The notes beneath the pieces are model-generated. The model was not told where the DNA came from, searched no databases, and worked only from the letters and a program-made list of their open reading frames with translations. A DNA stretch of 64,000 nucleotides from a virus, in IMG/VR virus record IMGVR_UViG_3300050821_001428, positions 1 through 64,000 of that record; one strand, written 5' to 3'. Each line of letters opens with the position of its first letter. The stretch's first letter is position 1. Shown piece after piece: positions 28,661 to 37,900 of this stretch. Made by a program: the position numbers and the translations under genes.

Positions 28661-29986
28661 TTAATATCTTTGATCACGCCAATAAGCGTGGCCATTTACA
28701 TATGTAGCGTGCTCTAACCTAAATTCACCCGTAGGCCATATACAAGCGGTTGTCCAACCTTGCTGCCAATCGGGTGCTACGGTATATGAAGGAAAACGGC
28801 GACCCGTTTCATCTATCTTACTATCAATCTTACACATACACCCGGCTTCTACACCCGTCAGCGTACTAACATTTCGGTTAATATCATGTTTACTGTGATA
28901 AATCATTGATTGACGATGTGTATGCCCGATAATAATACTATATCCTAATTGATCTAGTGTCTTAAGGGCACTACTACCAGATCCCTTAGCAGCTATCCAA
29001 CCATGACGCACTGCTAACTTATCTGATAAGAGAACCTGGGCATCTTCGTATGAGCCGTTGGTGGTAACAAGTTCTACGCCTAGTTCATCAAGGCGCATTA
29101 AATGCGTAAGTGCGTGAATAAATTCAGGCTCGGGATTCTTCGCATCTATAACACGGGACAGGTTATTGACAAATGGTGCCTTGTCAATAATATATCGCTG
29201 AATCCGAATATCGTGATTGCCGAGAAGGAACTGCCAAATAGTATCTGGAGATGCCATTATATAGTCACGGAAAACTTCATATCCGCTTTGCAGACACTCT
29301 TGCACTGAGGCGACATTATCTGGGTCCATAGGATGGCGTGATACATCCGGGAAATCTAGTAAATCACCTAAGACTACTCCGCGAGAGGGTCGATTATACC
29401 GTAACCACTCACAGAATGTGTCGTGTAGCGCCTTGTCATGAAAGGGGGCTTGCTGATCGCCACATACAACCACTAATTCTTGGCCCTGATCTTGCTTAGG
29501 AATTAATAATGATCGTATCGGCTTCCAACCCTCTGATCGTACTGGGTTTAAGACGAGATCAGGATGTTTACGCTTAGCTGTAAACTTTGCCTGATGGTTA
29601 GTGATCTTATTACCTGTCTTAGTGCGACCCTCCCATTCATTGACGGTGATCTGATCTATTACCCAATCTGCCGGGTCAAGACCCCGTTCGCGTAACATGG
29701 TATCTGGATCGTCTAGCACTATAGGGGCATCAGATAGTGCTAGACGCGGCTTGGTTGTACATTGGGCATCGTCGCCATTGATAGTTGTAGATGACTTCTC
29801 TACACCGGGGATCTGCACATTATGACGTTTGCGAAAACGTCTAACAGCAGATTCTCCTATCAATACATCATATTCTTTAGATATAGTACGCGCGATACCT
29901 GTATTGAATTCGCCCGCTTGAATTAATTCAAGGATACGTGAGTATATCGGGTCTTTATCCAGCGGACTCTGGTTTTGTTGATTCAT
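28661..29986 (-). CDS. metallophosphoesterase with an N-terminal HTH
   Basis: GDQQ, GDLLD, GNHD, HG and GHTH calcineurin-like motifs. Confidence 0.85.
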   Translation of the reverse strand: MNQQNQSPLDKDPIYSRILELIQAGEFNTGIARTISKEYDVLIGESAVRRFRKRHNVQIPGVEKSSTTINGDDAQCTTKPRLALSDAPIVLDDPDTMLRERGLDPADWVIDQITVNEWEGRTKTGNKITNHQAKFTAKRKHPDLVLNPVRSEGWKPIRSLLIPKQDQGQELVVVCGDQQAPFHDKALHDTFCEWLRYNRPSRGVVLGDLLDFPDVSRHPMDPDNVASVQECLQSGYEVFRDYIMASPDTIWQFLLGNHDIRIQRYIIDKAPFVNNLSRVIDAKNPEPEFIHALTHLMRLDELGVELVTTNGSYEDAQVLLSDKLAVRHGWIAAKGSGSSALKTLDQLGYSIIIGHTHRQSMIYHSKHDINRNVSTLTGVEAGCMCKIDSKIDETGRRFPSYTVAPDWQQGWTTACIWPTGEFRLEHATYVNGHAYWRDQRY

Positions 29987-32909
29987 CTAGATTTTCTAAA
30001 GTTTCTGATAAAGGATCTATTAGTGAATATTTCTTATGTGCTTCGATTGGTAAGTTGAGTCTCTTTTTGTGTGACTCAATAATGATATTTTCGCCATTAT
30101 GTTTAGCGATCTTCTGATTAGCCTTTAAAATCCATGTTTCTGGATCATCCGGATCTTCATTATTTAGTATAGCAGAGAGTTTAGGTTCTTCATCCTCTGG
30201 TTCCTCATAGAACCAACCGTACTTATCGATTGATTCCTTGATTACTATAGCACGATCTTGCATTTCTTTAGGCCAATTCTCCTGAGGGATAGGTGAATAA
30301 ATATCATTCACCGATGCCGTGTTGTAAGTAAGACCAGGGCGACGTTCATTTGAAATCTGTGGGGCATTAGTACCTCCACCCGCTGGACCACCAGGGGCCA
30401 TTGGAGGGGCACCACCACCAGGAGGCGCAGTACCGGGACCGGGGCCAAGGCCACTAGGGGGCGCTGGCATCTGTGATCCAAAGTCACTCTCGGGTCCACC
30501 ACCGGGTGGTGGACCACCCATACCTGCGCCGCCAGCGCCACCCATATCTCCACCGCCCGCACCGGGGTCACCCATTGCCGGGCCGGTACCACCTTGAAGC
30601 ACAGACTCTACCTCGTATTTGAGGTCCATTGGTACCGGTAAACCTTGAATAACAAGTGCGGTATATGTATCCATCTTGGCCCTCTGCTGGGCGATGGTCT
30701 TCTTCATAATGTCACGGTTATATTCATTGATATAATCATCGCCCTTCCATGTGACACCAATCATTAGCTTATCATCGGGAATTGGTAACCCGGCTGAGCG
30801 TAGACCCATTAAGAACTGACGTTCGGTAGCCTCATCTCTAAGATCGAAGGTATTATGAGTTACCAGACCCTCAGTAATATGAGTGTGATCACCACTAATA
30901 CCTAAACTCCATGTAGGCTCTGCTTGATGTAGTTGAATATCATTAATTTCATCCCAAGAGGGATCAAGGCGTGCATCTCGTTCACTAATTGTTTGATTAA
31001 ATATTGGCAGTTGTGTACCAACCCTAATCTTATCTTCTTCGCATAAATCAGAAGCCTCTACCCAACCGCGTTGGGTTAAGAATGGATGCTCCGCAGTTGT
31101 TCGAATATTACGACCCGATTTGGTATAAACCCCATATGTTGTTTGAAGACCATTATCATAAGAATGAGTAACCTTGGCTAATGTTGCTCTATCATTCGCA
31201 ACATCCCATCCCCAAACATCGTCTCCTACTTCTAATGTCTCTGTTGCTACAGGACCATTTGGAGTCGATACGCGACTACCATACGCTAGGCATTCCATTT
31301 TCAAGTCTGGCACTAGTAACTTATGTTCCTTAGTGATTAGCTTATTACCATCGTCATCATATGAAACAACGTTCTCATAAATAGGTATTCTACTCTGCCC
31401 TTTGCGTTCATATGCATAGTGACCTTGAGCCTCAGCAACTACCGAAGCGCGGAACTTGAAGTGATCTTTTAATACCTTCTGGAATGTACGAAGCATCTGA
31501 TTCATAAATTCAGCTTGTAATGCAGAAGAAGCATAAGGCTGTGAATTAGAACCGGCAGATAGTAATGATGGATTAACTCCGAATACCTCCATCAAACGAC
31601 GCTCGATACGATCAAAGTCATCGCCTAGACGTGGCATCTGTTCGCGTCCGAAGACCGAAGACATATCAATACCGAAGTGGTGAACCATAACGCGAAAGTC
31701 TGATGCCATAGCGATATCGATATCATCACGAACGGCATTTAGCTCATCAGGACCAGGAATCCATGGTGGTAGGCCGTCGCCCATATCCATGATTCCAAGC
31801 TTAGCTAGCAAGAATGGAGAATACAAACGTTCCGCGATAGCATCTTGAGAGGCTAGGAGTTTTTCTTCATGAAGAAGGGTACGTAGGCCACGAAGTAAGA
31901 TAGGCGTACCGTGATCATCCCAGTCATTGAGCTTATTTCCTACTTGCGTAAGCATGACTGGTGATATAGGGATATGTTCACCCTTTAGTAGATACGGAAT
32001 CAAGTCCGAATAGTTCTGTTGCAACATGTACCATTCACGCGCTGGCGACTTGGTTTGCGCAATCCTACGAAGATAGTCAGGAGGGACAATCTTTAGCTGT
32101 TTAGAATCAAGCAACGGGAAGTTATCAATTACAACATCCTCGGGGTTAATTAACTCTTCGTGCTCCCATACACCAAGGTCTTCATCAAATGACCCTAATG
32201 GGAAGGCTTCACCTACAAGCCAGAATTCACGACCTAGTGCGACTAAGAAATCTTCGTATTTTAATTGATTAAGAAATAAGTCTTCATAAATAGCAGTCAG
32301 GGCCGGGTCTGATGATTCCAAATGCATTCCCACTAGTGGGAATCTAGTGAAGATATCAATAAGAATAGGGACCAGATAGTGGGTAGCATAATACAGGCGT
32401 AACCACTTATGTAGCTTATGACGATGGCCCTCATCAGCTACATTCCAAGGTAGTCCTGATAAGTCCCAATATTCTAACGGATCATAGAAACGTGGGATAG
32501 CATTATAGACATCACCACCCATGGCAGATCCGCCACCACCAAGCATTGAGGTTTTAGGATTAAATCCCTGAAACCAGCGTTCGTCCTGAGATGACTTACG
32601 GGCTGAACCTGTTCTGGAAGAACCCCGAGGATTACGGCTTTTTCCCATAAGACTCGTTAGGGCCTGATTCTGAGCCGTAATCTTCATAGCCTCCTTGTCA
32701 TAATTCTCTGACGTGACGGGACGACCTAGACTTGCAGATATTCCAGCGATATCCTTAGATGCAGCTTCTTTAAGCATCTGGTTGGTTTGCATACCATCGC
32801 CATACGCAGAAAGCGCACGATAAGGGTTGTAGGGCAAACCCGGCACTTGATCACGGACAGCTTGAAGCTCCGAGATGAAAGTGTCTTTATCTGAAATATT
32901 TTTAGCCAT
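29955..32909 (-). CDS. portal protein with a mini-intein
   Basis: IDIFTRFPL, GEAFP and HGTPILLRGLRTL...AQ-like DAIAERL; sits near TerL; Gly/Pro-rich tail. Confidence 0.75.
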   Translation of the reverse strand: MAKNISDKDTFISELQAVRDQVPGLPYNPYRALSAYGDGMQTNQMLKEAASKDIAGISASLGRPVTSENYDKEAMKITAQNQALTSLMGKSRNPRGSSRTGSARKSSQDERWFQGFNPKTSMLGGGGSAMGGDVYNAIPRFYDPLEYWDLSGLPWNVADEGHRHKLHKWLRLYYATHYLVPILIDIFTRFPLVGMHLESSDPALTAIYEDLFLNQLKYEDFLVALGREFWLVGEAFPLGSFDEDLGVWEHEELINPEDVVIDNFPLLDSKQLKIVPPDYLRRIAQTKSPAREWYMLQQNYSDLIPYLLKGEHIPISPVMLTQVGNKLNDWDDHGTPILLRGLRTLLHEEKLLASQDAIAERLYSPFLLAKLGIMDMGDGLPPWIPGPDELNAVRDDIDIAMASDFRVMVHHFGIDMSSVFGREQMPRLGDDFDRIERRLMEVFGVNPSLLSAGSNSQPYASSALQAEFMNQMLRTFQKVLKDHFKFRASVVAEAQGHYAYERKGQSRIPIYENVVSYDDDGNKLITKEHKLLVPDLKMECLAYGSRVSTPNGPVATETLEVGDDVWGWDVANDRATLAKVTHSYDNGLQTTYGVYTKSGRNIRTTAEHPFLTQRGWVEASDLCEEDKIRVGTQLPIFNQTISERDARLDPSWDEINDIQLHQAEPTWSLGISGDHTHITEGLVTHNTFDLRDEATERQFLMGLRSAGLPIPDDKLMIGVTWKGDDYINEYNRDIMKKTIAQQRAKMDTYTALVIQGLPVPMDLKYEVESVLQGGTGPAMGDPGAGGGDMGGAGGAGMGGPPPGGGPESDFGSQMPAPPSGLGPGPGTAPPGGGAPPMAPGGPAGGGTNAPQISNERRPGLTYNTASVNDIYSPIPQENWPKEMQDRAIVIKESIDKYGWFYEEPEDEEPKLSAILNNEDPDDPETWILKANQKIAKHNGENIIIESHKKRLNLPIEAHKKYSLIDPLSETLENLDESTKPESAG
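30852..31292 (-). mobile_element. mini-intein (147 aa, no endonuclease)
   Basis: CLAYGS start, TAEHPF block B, VTHN|T end. Confidence 0.9.
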
Positions 32910-32938
32910 AAGCTAATTATACCATATTAAATGGAATA

Positions 32939-33910
32939 TCAGTAGGATCTACTAGGTAGTGAAGATTGCTTTTCGTGAGTAACCGGATCAGTTTGTCCGC
33001 CGTTACCATGCCATGTACCGGGGCCATCTTGTTTGGTGACACCGCCATCGGCAAATCCCGAATCGTCACCCTTAGCGGCAGGCAGGTCTACAGTCTCTGT
33101 GGTCTTCTCGCCAATTTCCTTAGGATCATGACCTTCTTCTGAACGGTTCTTACGCTCAATTGGCTTGGTCACATCCTTTTGCTTTGTAGGCCAACGCCCT
33201 TTGTCCTCATCGCCAAGAACATCCTTCTTGGGGAATTTATGAGCCTTATCTATCTTTGGCTCAGGACCACCAAGATCGGTATTACCGCTTTCACCTACGA
33301 CACGCCAGCTACCCGTATATTGTGGTTGTTGGTGCATCATAGGGTCCATTGCCTGCTCGATTTGATTAGGATCTTGACCAGGAGCACCTAGTGGATTAGC
33401 CGCTTGCGGATTATGCATGGCTGCTGGATTAGCTTCGACTGGATTAGCAGATGGCCCAGTGAACGGAGTTACCGATGGCGCAATCTGTGGCTGTGTTTGT
33501 GGCTGTCCCGTAGTAGGACTTGGCATACCGGGATTAGCACTACGCTCCATACCAGCGGTATGGGCTTCCTTCTGTGCCTCCTGCTCTTCCTCTTCTTCAG
33601 CGGGAGTCTCTGCAAAATTAACTTTCTCTGATACATGATAAGAAGCAATAATAGTTTTCTTAATGTATTCTGGGTGTTCATAACCAACCTCTTCGGATGC
33701 GCTATGAACTAACCAATCAAAATCTTCTTGCACAAGTCCTAGACGAGCTAGGAATTCTTCTTCATTTCTAGCACCGCGCAGGAATTGCCCCATCTTGTCG
33801 GCAACGCGGGTATCAGCTAGTGCCAGAGCGCGACGTGAGGCTACACGCTGATGCGTCTGATCTGCTTCTAAAGATTCAAATAATGAAGGAGTGTCGTACA
33901 TAAACAACAT
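32939..33910 (-). CDS. head-module protein
   Basis: lies between portal and TerL; low-complexity P/Q/A linker. Confidence 0.65.
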   Translation of the reverse strand: MLFMYDTPSLFESLEADQTHQRVASRRALALADTRVADKMGQFLRGARNEEEFLARLGLVQEDFDWLVHSASEEVGYEHPEYIKKTIIASYHVSEKVNFAETPAEEEEEQEAQKEAHTAGMERSANPGMPSPTTGQPQTQPQIAPSVTPFTGPSANPVEANPAAMHNPQAANPLGAPGQDPNQIEQAMDPMMHQQPQYTGSWRVVGESGNTDLGGPEPKIDKAHKFPKKDVLGDEDKGRWPTKQKDVTKPIERKNRSEEGHDPKEIGEKTTETVDLPAAKGDDSGFADGGVTKQDGPGTWHGNGGQTDPVTHEKQSSLPSRSY

Positions 33911-33919
33911 TTTCCTTGT

Positions 33920-34897
33920 TTAAAGGAAAAGCCCCTCGTCGGTGGCATTTTCCATTGAAGCTTCCTTGACAGAAGCTTCTCTTGCCATGTTTTGCTTACG
34001 ACCAGAAGCTTCCTTCTGACGAGCTACTTCGGTTGCAGCAACATACTGTATACGATAATCGTCAACCTCAGAGCCGACAAAACCGGCTGTCTTAGCTTGG
34101 ACGTCACCTAGAGCAATCTCACGGACTATACTGGCATCCTGTATAGCGCCATCATCAAGCGCCGCTACTAATAGTCGTGGACCTTCTTGCATAATTTTGT
34201 CAAAATCTTGTGATGCCGACTCATTAGCCATGTCATTAGCTATTACTTCTAGCCACGAATCGCTCTTACCAAGACTTGCTTGCTCGACGGCAACATACTG
34301 ACGGGTAGGAACTTCGTAAGCTTCATCGACCGAGGTCAGATACTCTAGTGCTTCTTTAACCTCTAACTTCTCATGATCTGCCGAGAGCGCAATCTTATGA
34401 AGCTGATCTTGCTCCGCTGCCGACTGACTCTCAAGAATATAAGTCTTAGCAGTATGACGGATTTCCTCAAGCTCATTTAGACGAGCGATAAGCCCTTCCT
34501 TATGTGGCGTGTAAATCGCATCAACCTTCTTCTGTAAGTCTTGTACGCGATTCTCTGCTACTGGTACTTCTGCGACATACCGTAAATTAGCACCCTCGCC
34601 GTGGGATACATTGAAGTGGCGAATCTGGCCATTCTGAAAACGTACGGTAATTTCATCATCCCAAAGAGATGCAGTACGACCTAAGATTTCGGCTTGCATA
34701 CCGTTGGGGGTAATAATATGGGTCGCTTGCTTACGAGACTTTTTAGCCTTCTCAGCGCGGAGAGTGTTGAAGTATTCTTCGGCAGTCTCCGCAACCTTGG
34801 CAAAATCTGTACCGTTTGCAACAACGGTACCAGAATGCTTGGCTACGATCTGATCGCCTTCAAATTCATAGGTAGGGAAATCGGCCATGTGTATCAA
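33920..34897 (-). CDS. head-module helical protein
   Basis: lies between portal and TerL; many K/R-x-A motifs. Confidence 0.65.
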   Translation of the reverse strand: MIHMADFPTYEFEGDQIVAKHSGTVVANGTDFAKVAETAEEYFNTLRAEKAKKSRKQATHIITPNGMQAEILGRTASLWDDEITVRFQNGQIRHFNVSHGEGANLRYVAEVPVAENRVQDLQKKVDAIYTPHKEGLIARLNELEEIRHTAKTYILESQSAAEQDQLHKIALSADHEKLEVKEALEYLTSVDEAYEVPTRQYVAVEQASLGKSDSWLEVIANDMANESASQDFDKIMQEGPRLLVAALDDGAIQDASIVREIALGDVQAKTAGFVGSEVDDYRIQYVAATEVARQKEASGRKQNMAREASVKEASMENATDEGLFL

Positions 34898-34930
34898 TGA
34901 TTATAAGGTGTAATCATCAATATTATAGTG

Positions 34931-37900
34931 TTAGCGTCTACCGCGCGAATTTATTCGATTCCCGCCACCGTTCCTGCGCATACCAATAGATCCTCGCGCC
35001 GGATTGCCGCCAGATCGTTCGGCGCGGGAGCGTTCTATATTACCTTGTGAATAATAATAGCTACCATCAGTGTTCATAGGCATTGGGGCACCATTTGGAT
35101 AATTATTTTGTCCCATACCATACCCTCCAGGTGCGCCGCCGACCACTGATGCTTGAGATAACCGCTCACGCATAGTCTGAATCTGTAGATTACCTAGTAG
35201 TGCCCATACTACATCGATTACAGCATCTGCCATATCCTTGGTTTGTACCGGGCCGAGGTCTTGTTTGTCTACGCGGGGGAATTTACCACTAGTTTGAACC
35301 TGCTGTAAGAACTTTAATTCTTCTTTCGAAGTATAACTGTCGATTTCCTCATCATTTGGAGCATGTACTAATCCTTGATACAAGGCTGTTTTAAATACCT
35401 CGCATTTCTTCCAGTTTAACTCCGCAGTTGTAGGTCGCACATAGACCTGACAAGTAATATTTTCTTTATGTAACCTATCTTGAATATCCTGTAATGGGGA
35501 CGAGCTATTATGACTAATGATACCATTAGCTACAAATAGTTCTGGGCCGGGTACAACAAGATCAAAACAATTTGCCGTAGACTCTACAATTGAATCAATA
35601 CGGAAATATTGTAAATCTCCTTCTCTATTCAACTTGGATCTTTTACCAACATCCTTACGACGGCTAATTTGATCTACAATGGCAGATAGTTTATGATTTT
35701 TTCTATCAGAGCAGAAACCAATCTTTTTATGGAATTCTAGAATGTCTAAACCGAACATTTTGACACGCCATTCTTGCTGAGGGGTGCCCTTATAAGTGCT
35801 TGCCGCCCCATTCCAAATAGTCGAATATATTCCTAAATTTAACAATAACTGTTGAATACCCTTGGCTAATGCAGCGCTTCTGGTACTACATCCCACAATT
35901 TCATCATTGTGTCTGGAATTAACAGCCCAACCATCACCTTCAAAATAAGCCTTTAAAAAGTTTACGATTACTGATTCTGGGGATTGAAAAATAGCCCAGG
36001 GCACCTCTTTGATATAGGAGTCACCAAAGCATCCTAACTGCGTGAACATTTTAGAGATATATCCCGATGCAGCAATTGATCCATACATAGTGTCAATCTG
36101 TCCGCCTTGAGGTGTTGTATTATGCTTTAGTTCATACCTATATGACCAATCGCCCCCAAAGGTTCTCTCTGCCGCATCCTTATACATATCTAAATAGGTT
36201 TTATCTGAGTTACTAAAACATATATTGGATTCATTAACATAACCTTCGGCTGTTAGCGCCCCCAGTATAAATCCAATATCTTCATTTAATTGTGTGGGGT
36301 ACAAACAACCTTTACGCCTAGAATGCTGTCTCTTCCAATCCAAAACAGCATTATAAGCTAATTTTTCGGTATCAAATCTTCCAATTGTGATTTGATGGTT
36401 GTTTTTGGAGACATTCGCAACCCAATGTTGTTTCGTCTCTGGATTATAACTGACACCTACATATTTAGAACTACCAGAGCCAGTTGGGTGATATTTTTTA
36501 ATATCAACATAGTTTGTTGCTGTCACGTTGTTTTTGCGCACAGCAACATAATCACCCTTTTCAATTTCAGCAATTTCTAACCATTCCCACTTATTGGATT
36601 TATGCCAAGGCTTTATTTTGTTCTTACGAACCCAAAGTCTATGGTCAGTGGTTCCTTCTATACTGTATCCAGGTTTGGTTGTAAGGATTCTCGTTGGCAC
36701 ATGACCTCTGTTGTAAATCTCAGTGGCAGTCACTATCCCTTCCATCGTTTGTACTGGTATATTAATAGTTTTGGTTTTACCTACAGGTAATTCGCCAGCT
36801 AGCTCTTTCAGTGTTTTATTACCACCAATGGTTGGAATCAAAGTGTTTTCATTGAGACATTGGTGTTGGTCCATGGTAATTTCGAATGGATGGAAAATCT
36901 TAGCATAAGTAATAATTTCATCAATAATAGGTGCCCAACGGATAACCTTATTTGGCTGCTTAGAAGGATTCCATCGTTTTATTAAATCGAATACGCAGTG
37001 TTCATTATCTAGACCGGTGACCGGATCGGGCAGGTATTCAATGTGTCCAATGGCAAATCCAAATCCAGCGGTGGTAGAAGAAGGGTCCAAGTGGAATTTA
37101 TAACGATGAAAGCCTGTGTTAATACCGACACCATAGTTGGTAGAAAATGGTTCGTATCCCAACACCATGTCTCCATTCGGCTGGCGCACCAAGCCTATTG
37201 GACGACCATTATACATGCGATCTACCATTGATGGATTTAACCAAGCTTCAGAGATTTCAGCAAATTTACCACGACGCTCAACCTTGTAGGTTTCGGGATC
37301 GGCTGCTTCGGAAGCTCGCGCCTGAATAATAGCGGCCTTATCCTCTTGGCTGAATAACGGACGATCCTGTTCATCCACCTCATCGGGATTCCAATCAGGA
37401 GACACTGTAACCATCTTACCGAGCATCTTGCCTCTGGTACGTGGTTTATATTGTGATTTATAGTAACGATATCCTTCAAACAAAGCCCATGATGGTCCTT
37501 GGAATACAAGACGACGAGGATCACCATTGATTCTTTGATCTGCCAGGTCACTATCGTCGCCCTGAAGCTCGATAGTCATTAGGTCTACAGGCCGGGTCTG
37601 ATCAAATGGCATTAGTCCTAATTCATATAGATCGTGAAACATTCCAACCTTAGAATAAGGTGATGAATTAATGAATAATAATCCATCGGTACCGAACTGA
37701 TCGAGCGATGGACCAGCCGCATTATATACCTCACCAGCCGATGACTTGCTTTCACCAGCGATCATGTGGGCAGCCTCATCGATCGTGACACAATTATGCG
37801 TAATAATCATATCATCAGTAACATATAATCCATTCACATTTGAAACCGTAATACATTGTTGTACGGCCTCTCCTATATATTCAACGTTAACAAGAGCACG

